Shown here in pieces: positions 27,601-42,300 of a stretch of 64,000 bases of DNA (position 1 is its first letter; each line of letters starts with the position of its first letter). The stretch is from the NCBI GenBank assembly GCA_050084985.1, contig JBITNC010000001.1, positions 97,588,001-97,652,000 on the forward strand, read 5' to 3'. The position numbers and the translations under genes were made by a program. Source of the DNA: Nageia nagi (Eukaryota; Plantae; Pinophyta). The notes under the pieces were generated by a model. The model did no database searches. It saw only the letters and a list, made by a program, of their open reading frames with translations, and was not told where the DNA came from.

Positions 27601-29099
27601 AATACCACATTGCCATAGGTAGATGAGGATCTCTATAAGAAAGAATATATGATAGCAATAATAATAAGTTAGTAGACCTTTCCATATATAAAGTAGATAT
27701 CTTCATAAGCTAAGTAGATGCATGAAGAAGAACATAGAGTTGTTGGAGGATTAATGATACTACAAAAGGGTTAATATAGGTGTTGGAGTGTTGAATATTA
27801 GATGTTGTGGTTGAAAAGTGAATGGTGATCATTCTTATCCACTTGAAGGAGATTTGTATAGTAAATTTGCTAAACATCTTTTTTTATACTACAACAAGAA
27901 GGAGTATATGTAAACATAAATATCTTTATCAATACATTGTAATTTAAAAAGGAGGGTTGAGAGGACATATATATTTCATGCATGTGCCCTCACCCATAAA
28001 AATCTTCATGAGGTTAGGAACTTGAAGATAATAGATGACATTTTTAGATTTTTTGCATGAGTTTTAGATGCCCTCTTTTATGATTTATCTACAATATAAG
28101 CATATTAAACGGTGGATATGATATTTCAGGTGGTTTGAATGGTGGGATGATGCCCTTATTTATGATTTATTAATGAATTAGGTGTATTAAATATTAGAAA
28201 ATGCATTTGTGGTGAGGAATTAGTTATAATAGGTATCTACCCCATCCCCAAAGTAATCTTTGATAATTAGGCATTGAAATTTGTAGGAAATAGTTAGGGT
28301 CCTATATTTGCCAAGTGAAATGATAAATGGCATGAGGAAGGTTGATTCAATCCTAACATAGGGCTCCCTCACCCTCATATAGTTGTTTGGATTTAATTAG
28401 GTGATTCAATAGTTGAAACATTATAGGAGATGGTTGGATGCTTGTCCTAGCCACAAAAAATGATAAATGGGTAGTAGGAGAAGGAATCATTATACCCGAT
28501 AGGTATTATTGGTTCTAGTGGTGATGTTAAGTGAAGTTATGAATTTTGAATGATCTTATTACTTTGTAGATTATAATTCATGGTGATATTTTCATGTTTT
28601 GACAAAATCTTGAAGTTTATTTTTATTTCTTTTTGGCTACATACAGGTGATGGTTGGTTACCAAAAAGCATTGTAATAGGTTTGGAGATATTGTTAAAAC
28701 CCTAAAGATCCATTTGGTTGCATGGATAAATTTGAGCTACATACATGGAATGGTTGGGTAAGAAAATAATTTTTATCCATATAATAAATTTGAGAGCCTA
28801 TCTAAAAAACTCCATTTTGATCAATCTATGGACAACCACCTATTAGAGCAATCTAATAGGGATGTGAACCTCCAACTCCGTATTTATAACTTGCAAGGAA
28901 ATAGAAAGGAGTGAATTCCAACTCATAGCAATAATATAATCATTTTTATATTCAAGATAATTTAAAATGTATGAACCATAGTAAATAATATTGCATTTAA
29001 TATAGCACATGGCATTGCATCATAATATCAACTTTATCTTGAAATTTGTAATATTGCTTTTAATACTTTTAAAAAAATCTAAAATATGATTTATTAAAT

Positions 29100-29143
29100 A
29101 AATAATAAATCATTTGTAGGTGTCTACATTTCCCCCCTCTTTG
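29100..29143 (-). mobile_element. Polypurine tract and 3' LTR start of a Ty3/gypsy element (minus strand)
   Basis: The minus strand reads AAAGAGGGGGGAAA-TGTAGACACC, with the LTR starting at 29128. Paralogous sites lie at ~43991, ~52513 and ~60114. A second PPT-like AAAGTGGGGGAG is at ~32099-32110. Confidence 0.6.
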
Positions 29144-32100
29144 GATATGAAATGAAAAGCATTGAAATTGCATAATTTAAAGAATTTTAGAGAAGTGAAA
29201 AATTTTCAAAGTCAAAGTAGGCTTCCCTTTCACAATTCATTTGCTAAGTATGATATCTCATTTGCACCATTTTGGTTTATAATTTCCACTTGCTTTCCAC
29301 TTCTATATATAATCAGATCAAAATGATAGCAAGTGTGTAAAGTGTATTTTTAGGTACCATGTAGGTCCTAATATTCAAGATAATATATGGAAACAAATGA
29401 AATAATACCCATATAGATCATATCCATGATAATGGTATTCAAGTTAAAAAGAGCAAGGATGAAATTAATATAATATTACCTTGTAAACTACTATTATTGT
29501 AGCTCATAATCTAGAACCATTTAATTGATGAGGTATTTGATATGCCCCAAGATTTTTTAGTCTTTTTATCAGATTGCCTTGCAATTTTGTAGAAATTATG
29601 CTCATGGGGTGACCATGACTTAGAGCTTTTGAAACACTATTAATAAGATATGTATTCTTTAAAGAAAATAGTCAATAGGAGAAACATATGCATTATTATT
29701 TTTATTTGCCTAAAATTTAGAGATGTAGTGCCTTTATTTAGAATATAATACTATTTTCATGATACTAACATCCTTAATTCAATTTATAGCACGTCATGGG
29801 CACATTGATTATCATGGAATTAGCAAAAATTTTGTTTGATAAATTTGATAGTTGTTATCATTACAGGGCATTATTGTGAAAAAATGGCATTTTCATATTG
29901 AGTTCATGAAAAACATAAACCATAAATAATAAATTAACAAACCTCATAAATGAATATGTCTTTTTGAGTACATGTGAAATAAGTTATCACACGCTTAACT
30001 TTTGATCATCAATGAGCTATAAGAAATCAAATTAACACTAAATCATATGTAGTAACAAGTGCACTGATAACATGAAAATAGTCAAATTTAGGGTGTAGAT
30101 GATTTGAAATCTAGAGAATATAATCTCATGCAAATAACAAAATATGATCATCGCAACTAAGGCATAACAAATCTAAGGTTAATTCATGATGCATAAAGAC
30201 ATAGTTTTAGTTATGGTGCATTCCTTGGACTTGCTTGCATGTGGAATATTTTGCTTTGATCTTCATTTATAGATGCATTTATTCAATAGATATACACCTT
30301 TTACATTGATGTGAGATTTTTCATTCTATAGAATGTATCATTGATTTTCCTTAATTGTGATTCAAATATTTAGATACTAATGTTTATTTAATGTTCAAAG
30401 CATGTATATTTATATTTTAAGAATAAAATATCATAAATTTTATTTGAAAATTTATGCAATGATGATAACATCAAATAGAAAATTGTATGCATCTCATTGA
30501 ATATCTTGACAAGGATGGGATTTATCATCATACATAAGTGTTCTTGTACAATGAGATGTTCATTAGATGAGCTTTCCTGAATCAATTACCTCCATTGCGA
30601 ACATTGATAAAGCATGATGAGCATGATGCTAATAAATAATATCATATACAATATAAAATTTAACCTTGAAGGTAAGTCAAAACAAGAAAAATGTATTAAA
30701 AAAGATGGAGCAAAGCCTGGAGGAGGATAATGCATGTGATATGAATAAGTCAAGAGATTCCCTAGTGAGGATTGAGAAGATTGATGGGAAGCTATGTGAG
30801 CAAAGTGGCAGAGGAGGAGGTGTGAGTCAAGTAACAAAGAGAATCAAGAATGGAGGTTTGAATCCAAAAATATATTTAAGAAGGAAAATAAATGCAATTT
30901 ATTCAATGGAAAGGATGTATTGAATATAAATAAAAATGTTGTAGGCCTCAATCAAAGGATTTGCACTCATATTATGGCTATTATTATGCTTAGGGTTAAT
31001 ATTGGAGAAAATGATTTTTATATAGATCTTATTGAACATGGAAAATGAACACTTATATGTAAAACAAGAGGAAGAAGATCATGCTTGATAGACCTTAAAG
31101 CATTTATCCATAAGAAATGGTCTGCATCTTGTCAGGTAACTTTATTACCCAATAAGTTTTTCTCTATTTATTTCTTAGACTTAGAAAATAGAAATTATGT
31201 ATGGAAATATCGCTTTGATTGGTTTTTTGTATAAAGGAGGATTTATATGAGAGAATAGTCTACTTATTTTGATTCCTTCTTTGAAAATATCTATTTACAT
31301 TTAGTCTAGGTAATTATGTATGCCCTTCTAATTGAATTATGGGGATTGAAATTTTTTATTAAAATTGGTAATACACTTGGCTCTTATTGATACATAAATA
31401 AACTTACAAAAGAAAATTTGATAAGTAGAATCAACATTAGTAAAGCTAGATTAGTCATTTTGATGGACTCAGAAGATCCCTAGTAAAAAAATATTACTCT
31501 ATCTTTTCTAAAAGGGGTATGGAACCAAAAAAATTGAATATGAAAATTTCACACTCTTTTTCTTTGACTACTAATAAGAAGGTCAAAAAATAAAGAATTA
31601 TTCTTGTGAATATACCAGCATGAGCCACCCATCATGGCCTATCTCAAATTGGAGTAATACTTGATATTAGCATAGGCAATATAGACCACTCTTATAGATA
31701 TGATAATGAATTCTACTCTAAGTACACCTAACTATCAACTCCTTAGTTATAGTCTACCTGAGGCATTATATCCTTTAGGATATAACCCGATCTATCGGGA
31801 TACCAAGGTCCTAGTCCATTATGACACTAGGCTTGCTTAACCATACATCATCATAGGATTCCAAAGGATCCCTAGCTCACCATCCAACCTTAGAATATCC
31901 ATTGAGTCATCACTATGGTAACCCCTGAGCACTTCGAGTAATTGTCCCATCTAATTCAACCATCAAAATGGTTTCTTGTAAGCTATGCCAACCATGGTTC
32001 CTCTAATATGGTATTTTGTACCATGATGATGGTTAACATGGTCCAAGAGGTTACTCTCTTCCCACTCACACCACCATGAGAGGGTACCCTATCATATTCT

Positions 32101-34214
32101 CCCCCACTTTAGAAATGGATGGTATCTTGACATTAGACAAACCTAGTCATAGATGACACATAGAATTCTTAGAGGAGATAATGAACCTAAAGAAGGATCT
32201 TCACTACCCTCTTGGAGTTTCAACCTTGAAGGTTGCATCCATCACTACCTCATAAGTGGATTTGTATGAAACAAAATGATAACAAACACCTAATGAAGTC
32301 AATTTTGAATGTTAATATTACATATCTCAAGAGAACTTTCAGAGTAACAATTACATAATCAAAACATGGTTCACATTAGATGCACTAATAATGGCTATTT
32401 TTATATGTGATGATAGCATTTATGTTCCTACCACTAACCATAATATGCATGCCTTAAGTGGTACCACCTCATGTTTTATTCTACATAGCACATCATGTAT
32501 AGGCACAATCTAGCTTCTCGTAATTCAACTCAAGTAACTCAAAAACCTTGTCAAGCATGGATCTTAATTGAATTGAGATAGGATCTTGAACCACTTATGA
32601 GAATACTAAGCATGAGGTCCCAAAGGATTTGGCCTCATATGCTAAATACTAAACATCTGACATCATCCTCTTGGAGACTTAATTAGCAACACCAAAGAGG
32701 AACACTTAACTATCCTTTTGAAGTACACTTCAGATTGCCCTAGTTTTATCCACCACAAAACTAAGTCATTTTTATCCATATGATAAATTTTGATCCTAAA
32801 AACTTAAACATAACCCTAAACATCCATTATCTCAAAGGTTTGGATCACAGTAGTACACACTACAACCAACACTCTTCTCATCATACCCAAAATCCCACTA
32901 GTGAACTCACATAATAAGTAAATTCATTATAATTAGCTAGTTTGATTATGCTTTAGTGGGTTGGTTTATTTTTTTAGTATAAGGTCCATTTTATCTTAAT
33001 TAATCCACATGTACATTCCCATGTGGTCATGAGGGTGCATTAAAATTAATAAGGCATTTATGTCCCATACCATGTAGCCTTTGGTTAGTTTTGAGTAGTA
33101 AGTTAGATACACATAAAAGTTTAGTAAAAGGAAAGATACCATCAAACATTCAACATATGAAAGGGTGTGGGAATGTAAATTGACACTTTTCATGTAGGTG
33201 TCTTCACACCTCACTTATCCTAACTCCCCTATCCATAACCTAGACATACAAAGCTAGAGCGAATTCCCTCAATTTCTAGCATCTAGCACCAAGAAGGAAT
33301 TTAGGAATAAGAAGCATAGCAAAATCCTTAGGAGTTCTATGAAAAGCAGTTTAAATATTTCTATTTTTTAAATCATTCATTTACAATAGTCCCTACCAAC
33401 ATAGAAAGGTCACCAAATCATTTAATACAGGTGATTACAATATACCTTATCAAGGTTGTTCCATACAATATAGATAGGTTCTACAAATTGAAACTTATGC
33501 ATACACATAATAAATGTCTACTACATAAACCACTATACCAAGAAGATACTCTACCATTGAAACTCTTGATAAGGGGAATGTATCATCAAAGGTCCTAAGG
33601 TCTAACACTGCCTCAAGCCAAATTACCTAACTCATCAATACAAATCTTTTTAGAACCATTGGGTTATCAATTTATATATTTCATTTATAACATAAATATC
33701 ACATATATTTTACTCATTATCACCCAATATAGATATTCCTCAAGGGATCCCTCATAGAAAATGTGTAGAAAATATATTCAAACTTTGGTGTACCATTAGG
33801 CTCTTGCCAACTATTTTACTGCTTAATCAAAAGACATTTGCTTATTTTTCCATCATTTTGATATAACTTACTGAATATGTATAATTTTATTCTTATCCAC
33901 CTATGAAAAGATATATTTATTAAAAATCTAAAAAGATTCAACCATGACTAGTACATAGGAATGATTTGAACTTAATAGATTTTATCTTAATAGGAGCATA
34001 CTCCAAACATTCTATCCTCTACATAGTTATCATCACCAATCCCTAATAACATGGGCACATACCAAGTTAATAAGACGTTTAAAGGCCTCTTCAAGGTACT
34101 CATAACCTACAACATCATAAAAACCTACTAATTATATAAAATTTACTGCATATTATCCATAAGAAAATAAAATTTGAGATCAAGCTTATGAATCAAGGTT
34201 TCTTAGGTCTCCAT

Positions 34215-34440
34215 GATTCATAATTTTATGGTGGGTGCCTTAAATGATAACCATAACTAAGGGTGTATTTTAGCCCCTGCATAATCTATTTTTATGGTAG
34301 GCATCTGAATGATAACCATGTACAAGGGCTCATGCTTGCATCAACATCATCCAATATTTTTTGGTAGGTGCCTTAAATGATAAAATAAACTAAGAGAACA
34401 TGTTGACCATGAACATTACCTAAAATTTATAGTAGGATAT
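34215..34440. repeat. Degenerate ~60-65 bp tandem repeat x3-4 (paralog at ~48040-48270)
   Basis: TTTATGGT(A/G)GG(T)GCCTTAAATGATAACCAT..ACTAAG units at ~34225, ~34291 and ~34359. Confidence 0.7.
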
Positions 34441-37364
34441 AATAACAAAAATCAAAACGAAAGGGCTAATGTTGGCCACTCAAACCACCCCACCATACCA
34501 TCAATTACTCATTTGCTTATGCAAACCTAAGCTTTTATGTAAGATGCCTACTATTTCACATTGATAATCGTGTCGTCAAGGGATAGCATTAGATTTTATG
34601 CAACCCAACTGTACTAATTTGTGAGCTTATGGTATTCAAATATGTAACACTTTAAAGATGGCATACATCCTGGTAGTTCCACCATCCCTAACTACTCTAA
34701 GCAAAACCTACTTAACCAAGCATGAATATCATGGCTTGCTAGACCACAACCTTGAGATGTGATTTTACTTTGTAAATTGATGATTGATGTGTTAATTTGT
34801 TGTAATTTTTTTTGTAGTTAGCTTATGATGACATGATATTTTAGTTTTTCTTGATACTATATTGTACAATATTAGTATTTTTTATGTTTATTTGATGTTT
34901 TATGATGTATTGATGGACCATTGATACCCTTGTATGATGAGGACTATTGCATCTCTTGACTACATAAGGTTTTCATGCCAATGGATGGTATAACGTATCT
35001 AACATATCTTGCACATTGTCTACTATAAAAGTTTGCATCATTCATATTACATCTTAGAGGTTAAAGAAACTCCATCATCCTATCTCGATGTATGATGGCA
35101 TTAAATAATCATAGTTGCATAAGTCAACTTGTATTTGGGAGAAAATTGCTAGCATATCTTGGTTTGATATGATCATTGAATTGTTAATAATACACCATCA
35201 TTGCATAGAAATCATATCACTCATCCTCAAATAATCAAATCTACAAATATCCTAGGCATACTTCTCAAGTATTATAGGATTTTATGGGGCATTTATAATA
35301 TCCTTTAAATATTAAAACTATAACAACCTATGTACATTTGTATATGATATGATAAATTCTCTTCATTGCATTTACATATATTAATAAGGAAGTTAAAAAA
35401 ATAATGAAAGGCATAATGACTATATTAGGCACTTACATATATATTAATATAAAAATAAAAATGAAAAAGAAAATGTATGGAAAGTAAGGGGAGAATATAA
35501 TATTATCAAATAAATAAAAGGATCATGATTGAACTTATAAATCTCATATAGTGTTTATCATCATGTGATTAAAATGCATCAAATATTATTCACCATGAAA
35601 CCACCTATGCATGAGAATGTTAAAAATGTTTTAGAGAAAATATTTAGGCAAGTATGTTTGGATATCCAACATAGAAAGGATCAAGGGTCACCCCTTATTT
35701 TTTATTCATTAAACATAAAATATAATCTAGATTTGGTTGGATATATGGGATGAGAATGCATTAATATCGACATACCCTTACCTAGTTTTTGTAAGAATAA
35801 ATACGAAAATAATTATATTGCAAGGGTACAATAGGGTCAAGGAAATCATTCTATTGATTGAAATTGCTCAATATGGATCAAGTAAGCCTTTTTATAATTT
35901 CTTTCCCAATTTTTGAATCCCTATTATCTATTTGGAATACGATGTGTGGTAATTTATTTAATCTATGTAAATTTTATTTCCTAATCTTGTGGTCTAGATT
36001 TCGATATCTGGTTTGTTACTTAAAATATTTGATGCTATATTTTTGGAATGGAATCAATATTATGGTATCTTAAATCCTTATAGAAGCCTCTTTGTGATGC
36101 ATTCATCCTCTACAGTTGAAATTATATTAATAAGTAGAAATAAATGGTTGTAAGGTCATGAGTTGTGCATATGGCGATGGTATTTTATTGCTACATTTTT
36201 ATTTAATAAATATTAGGATTATAAGGCCATAGGAATGCACCTTTATCTTTAATGGAAAAGGCCCTTTGTTGTTTACATTTGCATACTCATTCAATCACAT
36301 CACTTCTCACCCAAATAGAAATCCCTACATCAATGAGAATAATACTTCCATACAATGCTATCAAGATAGAAAGATGAAGTAGGCATTTCACATGTTTACT
36401 AAAAAGAAGAAACATACTACACTCTACACTGTAAAACATGTCTTCAACTCCTAGAAACCTTCATTATCTATAATACCCTTCAAAAGGGAAGGTCATTCAT
36501 TCAATCACCTATTACATTAGATTTAATTTTGACCTATCCATATATAGTATCTCCAAGATAGACTTATAGGTTACTATTGTAAAAGTACTTATTGCGTTTC
36601 CTTTGGCATTCCATTATATAATTTATAATTATTTTTTAATACATTTATTTTATACATTTCTTGGTAACCTTGTATCCCATGAGATTTCATTATGATGTGG
36701 TATTTTGTCAAACAATTTTATCCCTATATAAATGCACACTAGACTAAAAAGGGTGTTTTGCAATATTTTAAACCCCCAAAGCACTTTAATAATGGTTATC
36801 CCATCACTATCTATACGTATGCCACCAAAAGTGAATCCTCTATAACAACAACTAATAACGACCATCATATAGACTATTAAATTATTGCTTGAAAAATATA
36901 ATGTAGCAATTAGTAGTTGCCCCATAAGCCACACCAAAAAAAGATAATGTAAAAATTAATAATCACCACATTTAATTGTAGGGGTGTTTATTTACAAGCT
37001 AGTTAAAACCAACACAATGTATAGGGGTTAAAATGAGTCAATTTAAAACCATCACTTCTTAAATTAATAAAGAAAAAATGGTGTAGCCTTGAAGCATTCT
37101 CCCAATAGGAAAATTATTCTAAAATATGTTTTCCTCATTATTTTTAGCCTAAGTCACCAAGTCAAATTTAAATTTTAAATTAAATTTTTATTAAATTACC
37201 AATATTTTGAAATAATAAATAGCCAACTTCACCTTAAAATTACAAATTATTATTTATATTTTGATTAAATTGCCCCATATAAATAGCTTACTCTAAATAG
37301 TAAATTTGATACATTCATTATTATTTTCTTTTGGATCTCCTTCAGATGATGACATATTTTAAAG

Positions 37365-37600
37365 ATGGTAGTAGTCTGGCTTCGAATGGTAGCATGTTAT
37401 CTTGGAATAGTGGCATTTTACCTTCTAATAGTAGCAAGCTACTGCTGCATGATAGCATGCTTCTACCATCCAATTACAACCTAATAGTGCTCGATGGCAT
37501 CCTACTACCACTTGGTGGTATTCTGATAACTACTGCTTCCACTTAGTAGCATACTATTGCTACCCAATAGCATACTTTTATCACTCAATAGGAGACTTCC
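37365..37600. repeat. Degenerate 21-bp minisatellite
   Basis: (G/A)(G/A)T(A/G)GCAT.CT.CTACC..... period, which gives the heptad GSMLSWN/SGILPSN/DSMLLPS/DGILLPL in ORF 37331-37546. Confidence 0.6.
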
Positions 37601-38494
37601 TGCTACCTCTTGACATGATACACCTTGTCAGAGCCATAACTTTTGACTGTGATGTCCATTTTCCATAAATATCAAGATGTAATACTTTCCCATTGTGTAT
37701 TGTGTACAAATTATATATCATATAATTTTCCATGTTAAGGACCTCTTCTAAGAGATTGACATGTAATTTGAAGCATATTTAGATATTTATTTCTCTTTCC
37801 TTGGCTCTAAATGATTTATATTGGTCTAGGGAACATAGCTAATGATATTATAATTTACACCTTTAGAGTTCATTTTCAATAATGAAAAAAGGTCTCTACG
37901 AAAACAAGTCTAAACTTTCTAAACCTATGCATCAAACAACTAATAAAATTATCCTCAAATACCTTATAGACTTTTGCACCACAACGCAATAAAAATAAAT
38001 CAATAGAAATTACTAGATAATTAATTTCATCCAAATGTAGATACTAAGTTAACTTTGTTGGTTGAGTTGGTCAATAAAATTTCTTTCTTTTTACCATCAA
38101 ATAGATAAACCCTCTTTTATAAATAACAAAGTAAAGTATAGAAATTAATTAAAAATAAACAATAATTTATTTCTTAAATCTCAAAATTCATACAAATAAG
38201 AAGTAATGCATGTTATTTCTCTAAACTTTCCTATTCTATTCCTTAATATAAAAGCAAAGAATAAGAAATAAAACAAAATAAAAAATAATAATTTAGTTCA
38301 TCCTTAAGATGGATTAAGACAAAAATAAAATGATAACTACATACAAGACTAATGAAATAGGAAAATATATTTTCATGTCAAGTATTTCAATTACACTCTA
38401 TTTGAATAAAATGAAATATATATTCCATTCAATTTTTCTTTCTTTTTTCTTTTCTTTTTTAAATATTACTATGGACACAATTTTATACATAAAA

Positions 38495-39200
38495 ATTAAA
38501 ATATAAATCTCCAAAATTTGAGCTTACATCTATAGATAAGATCTTATATTTAATGGAAAAACTCTTTTAGTCATTTTGGTTGAGTTGTGATCACAATACA
38601 TACTTTTATAGTAATTATTATTATCATTCATACTTTTTATTGTTCATATTATTATTATTATATAATAGTAGTTTTCTTTTTTATTATTATAATATTTATA
38701 AAATCTAATCATTCATTTCTCCCTTTTATTTATTTTTATTTTTAGAATAATATCATGCACTTCCTTATCTTAACAACCATTGTTACAAAGTAAATTCAAT
38801 TTTATTTTAATTTTGGTTTTAATTTTATTTTAATTTATTTTTATTTTTATTTTATTTTTATAACAATATCATGGACTTCCCTATTATTAATATTTTATTT
38901 TATTTTATTTTATTTATTTTAATTTATATATTATATTTATATTATTTAATTCTATTTTGATCTCTATTTATAATTTAATGTCTATTTGTCAAAGAGTTGC
39001 ATTTGAGAAATTGCTAAGATGCTACTAGTATTTATATGGGAAGGCAAATGATCCCACCAAATACAATATTTGTACGAAGAGATGATATTAGTAGAAGAGG
39101 ATCAAAGACTTAAACACTTTTTTATAGATCCTTTATGACTTCCCAAATATTTATCAAAGAAGGGGAATAATTGATATCTATTAAGAATAGTAATTTAACC
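38495..39200 (+). pseudogene. Putative heavily eroded paralog of the MADS-box locus (upstream region and MGR start)
   Basis: AAATCTCCAAAATTTGAG occurs at ~38505 and ~56879. TCATGCACTTCCTT.TCTTA.CAACCA.T..TACAAAGTA occurs at ~38753 and ~57255, with a partial second copy at ~38869. These are followed by ATGGGAAGGCAAATGATC (MGRQMI) at 39036, versus ATGGGTAGAAATAAGATC (MGRNKI) at 57462. Confidence 0.5.
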
Positions 39201-39389
39201 AATATATCTTTCAAACAGTTTAAATTCTTTTTTGAATATCATTATACACATTATTTATTATTTATGTGTGAGGATTAATAATAATATCTATCTAAAAAGT
39301 TTATTAAGATTCAAGAAGAAATTAATCAAATAAAAAATATATTACCTCCTCTAAGTGATAATGATTATCAAGATTAAAAAGAATTTTAT

Positions 39390-42300
39390 GTGAGAGAGGA
39401 ATGAAAAAAAGTATGAATAGAAAAAAATAATATTAGGTTAAAAACTTTTTATAGTTCTCAAGACCCTAAAGTGTTAGAACTTTGAGGGTTATCAGGTTGT
39501 AAAGCTACAAAACTATAGGATCATGCTATAATACCATGTAAATTTTTGAAGTCATCATAATCTAATGATGGCGAATAAAAGCACTAAGTAATGATACTAT
39601 AATGGACTTGAAATGTACATCAATTCGCAAGCGCTAATAAGCAACCTTGAACATTGCTGGACTCCAAAATAATCTTTAATTTCATAACTAAAGGATTTGA
39701 AGAATTAAATGATCTATACTAATGTGAAGGATTTTCTAAATGTACAATGAATTTTGATGATGCTCCAATATTTTGGTGAACTCCTTTGTTGGCATGGAAT
39801 ATGAGAATGTAGTAAGGTGAATATTGACATGGTCATCCAGATTATACAATATAAGATTTTATGATCTTAATTTGGTTGGATATATAAATATACCTTTCCA
39901 ATGAGTAATTCCTTGCCTCAAATAGAGCTATGGATCTCTTGCAATGTACATTTTAATTTGAGTTACAAAAACTATCAAAAATTATGGTGACAAAGGAGAT
40001 GTGACCACCAATGTTAATCTGGAGACCTATTCATCTTAATTAACTACACAAATAGATACCTTGCAATATATAGTTTTAAATTAATCAAAAGGATCTTTAT
40101 AATGGTGTATCCTATAACCAAAATGGATGAGTAGAACTCTGGTGAATCGAGGGCTCAAGTTGATGTCATCAATATAATTTCTAATAATCAAATTGGACTT
40201 TTTAAAGTCACCTTTATGGTGATGTAACTTTGACATTTTTAAAGAAAATTTTATGTTATATATGGTTAGAAATTTTGAGGAATAAGGTTTTAATTGGTCA
40301 AATACACATAAAACATATAGAAAAAGAAGTTTAACTATAAGATAGCTTAATTGCTAGAGATTTCAATATTTGACAAGATGCATATAAGGGTGAAATGAAT
40401 ATTATGTAACTTTTGTATTTGTCATAGGATATAAAAAGTATTATAAATGGTTAGAAATGGGAAATGTTTTACTTTATAATGCTTCAAGAATCAACTCTAA
40501 ACAATTGATAAATCTCTAACAAGTCTTAGTGAAATGAAGGAAGGTATTAATTAGGGAATTGTATAGACTAAGTTGACTATGTGTGAAAAAATATAGATAA
40601 AGGGTGGAAGATCTCATAAGAAGTATGGGTGTAATATATTATTAGAAATAAAAAATAAGGGCATTACAAATATGAAATAATTATGATGAAATGATATGCA
40701 AAGATAAAGAAAAGACCCTTAAAAGCTTACTAGTTTTTCTATTGGAAAACACATTGAATATATTTTTCATACATGAATAAACACATAGAATAAATTGAAA
40801 GGAAAATATAGTCAATAAATATTAGAACTAAAATTTAAATCTCTCTATTTATCTAAATAAACTATTAGAAACTTCATGCTTTACAAATTACGATATGGGT
40901 GGTTATTCACAAACAAAATATGTTGGTATATTGAATCTATGGTATTCAACATTGCCCTACACTAAAGACATGTGCTATGATCTTCAATGGGATTAATGAG
41001 TTCATGCACCACTCCAGTTGTAAGGTTAAATTTAATATAATAGTTAGGTAGATATAAAGGATCCCTCATAATGCCATGAAGTATTAGATATTTATAAATA
41101 CTTTCTCTTGTACTCTCTATAAGTGAATCAAAACTGACTCATTTATGAACCTCATGGGATCATTTACATAGTTGGGATTATTTCTAGATTGCATTGATGT
41201 AAGATAACAAATAAGTTATCTACAAGAGAGATATATGTGATGACATGGGGAAATCATGAAATAATGTTCGGTAAGCACGTACACCACATGGTACTCACAA
41301 AATAATGTTAGGTAAGAAAGCACACCAAGGGCATTCATGGAATAATGTTGGGTAAGCATGCACACCATAGGGAACTCACAAACTAAGATTGGGTAAGCAT
41401 GAATCTCACTCAATATGACATTTTCATAGGTATAAGAGGATATCTCTAAGAAAGAATATATGATAGCAATAACAATAGCAAGTTAGTAGATCTTTCTATA
41501 TATAAACTAGATATCTTGACAAGCTAAGTAGATGCATGAAGAAGATACTTACATGGAGTTGTTGGAGGAATAATGATACTAAAAAAGGGTACCATAGTTG
41601 TTGGAGTGTTGAAGTTTAGATGTTGTAGTTGAAAATTGAATGGCATCCCTACTCATCGACTTGAAGGAGATTTGTATAGTAAATTTGTTGAACATCTTTT
41701 TTTTATACTACAACAAGAAGGAGTATATTTAGACATAAATATCTTTACCAATACATTGTAATTTAGAAATAAATGGTGAGGGTACATCTACATTTCACAC
41801 ATGTGCCCTCCCCATAAAAATCTTCACTAAGGTAGGAACTTGAAGAAGATAGATGATATTTTTGGATTGTTTACATGAGTTTTCGATGCCCTCTTTTACG
41901 ATTTAACAACAATACAAGCATATTCGATGACAGAAATAGCATTTTAGGTGGTGTGAATGGTTGTTTGATGCCCTTATTTATGATTTATTCATGATTTAGG
42001 TATATTCAATATTATAAAAATGCATTCATAGTGAGGAATTAGTTATAATAGGTAGCTACCCCATCCTCGAAGTCATCTCTGATAATTAGGCATTGAACTT
42101 TGTAGGAAAAGGTTAGGGTCCTATATTTGCCAAGTGAAATGATAAATGGAATGAAATAAGGTTGATTCAATCATATCATAGGGCTCACCTAACCCTCATA
42201 TAGTTGTGTGTATGTAATTAGATGATTCAATAGTTCATATATTCTTAGAGATGGTTGGATGCTTGTGCTAGCCATAAACAAATGATAAATGGGAAGTAGG

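Larger units (their letters stand above)
25585..36858 (+). repeat. Segmental duplication copy A (~11.3 kb, decayed LTR-retrotransposon mosaic)
   Basis: Colinear with 39390-50605 (e.g. TTCTCAAGA.CCTAAA(A)GTGTTAGAACTTTGAGGG at 25657/39454; paralogous ORFs 32996/46779 and 30666/44575) and with 58625-64000. Confidence 0.95.
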
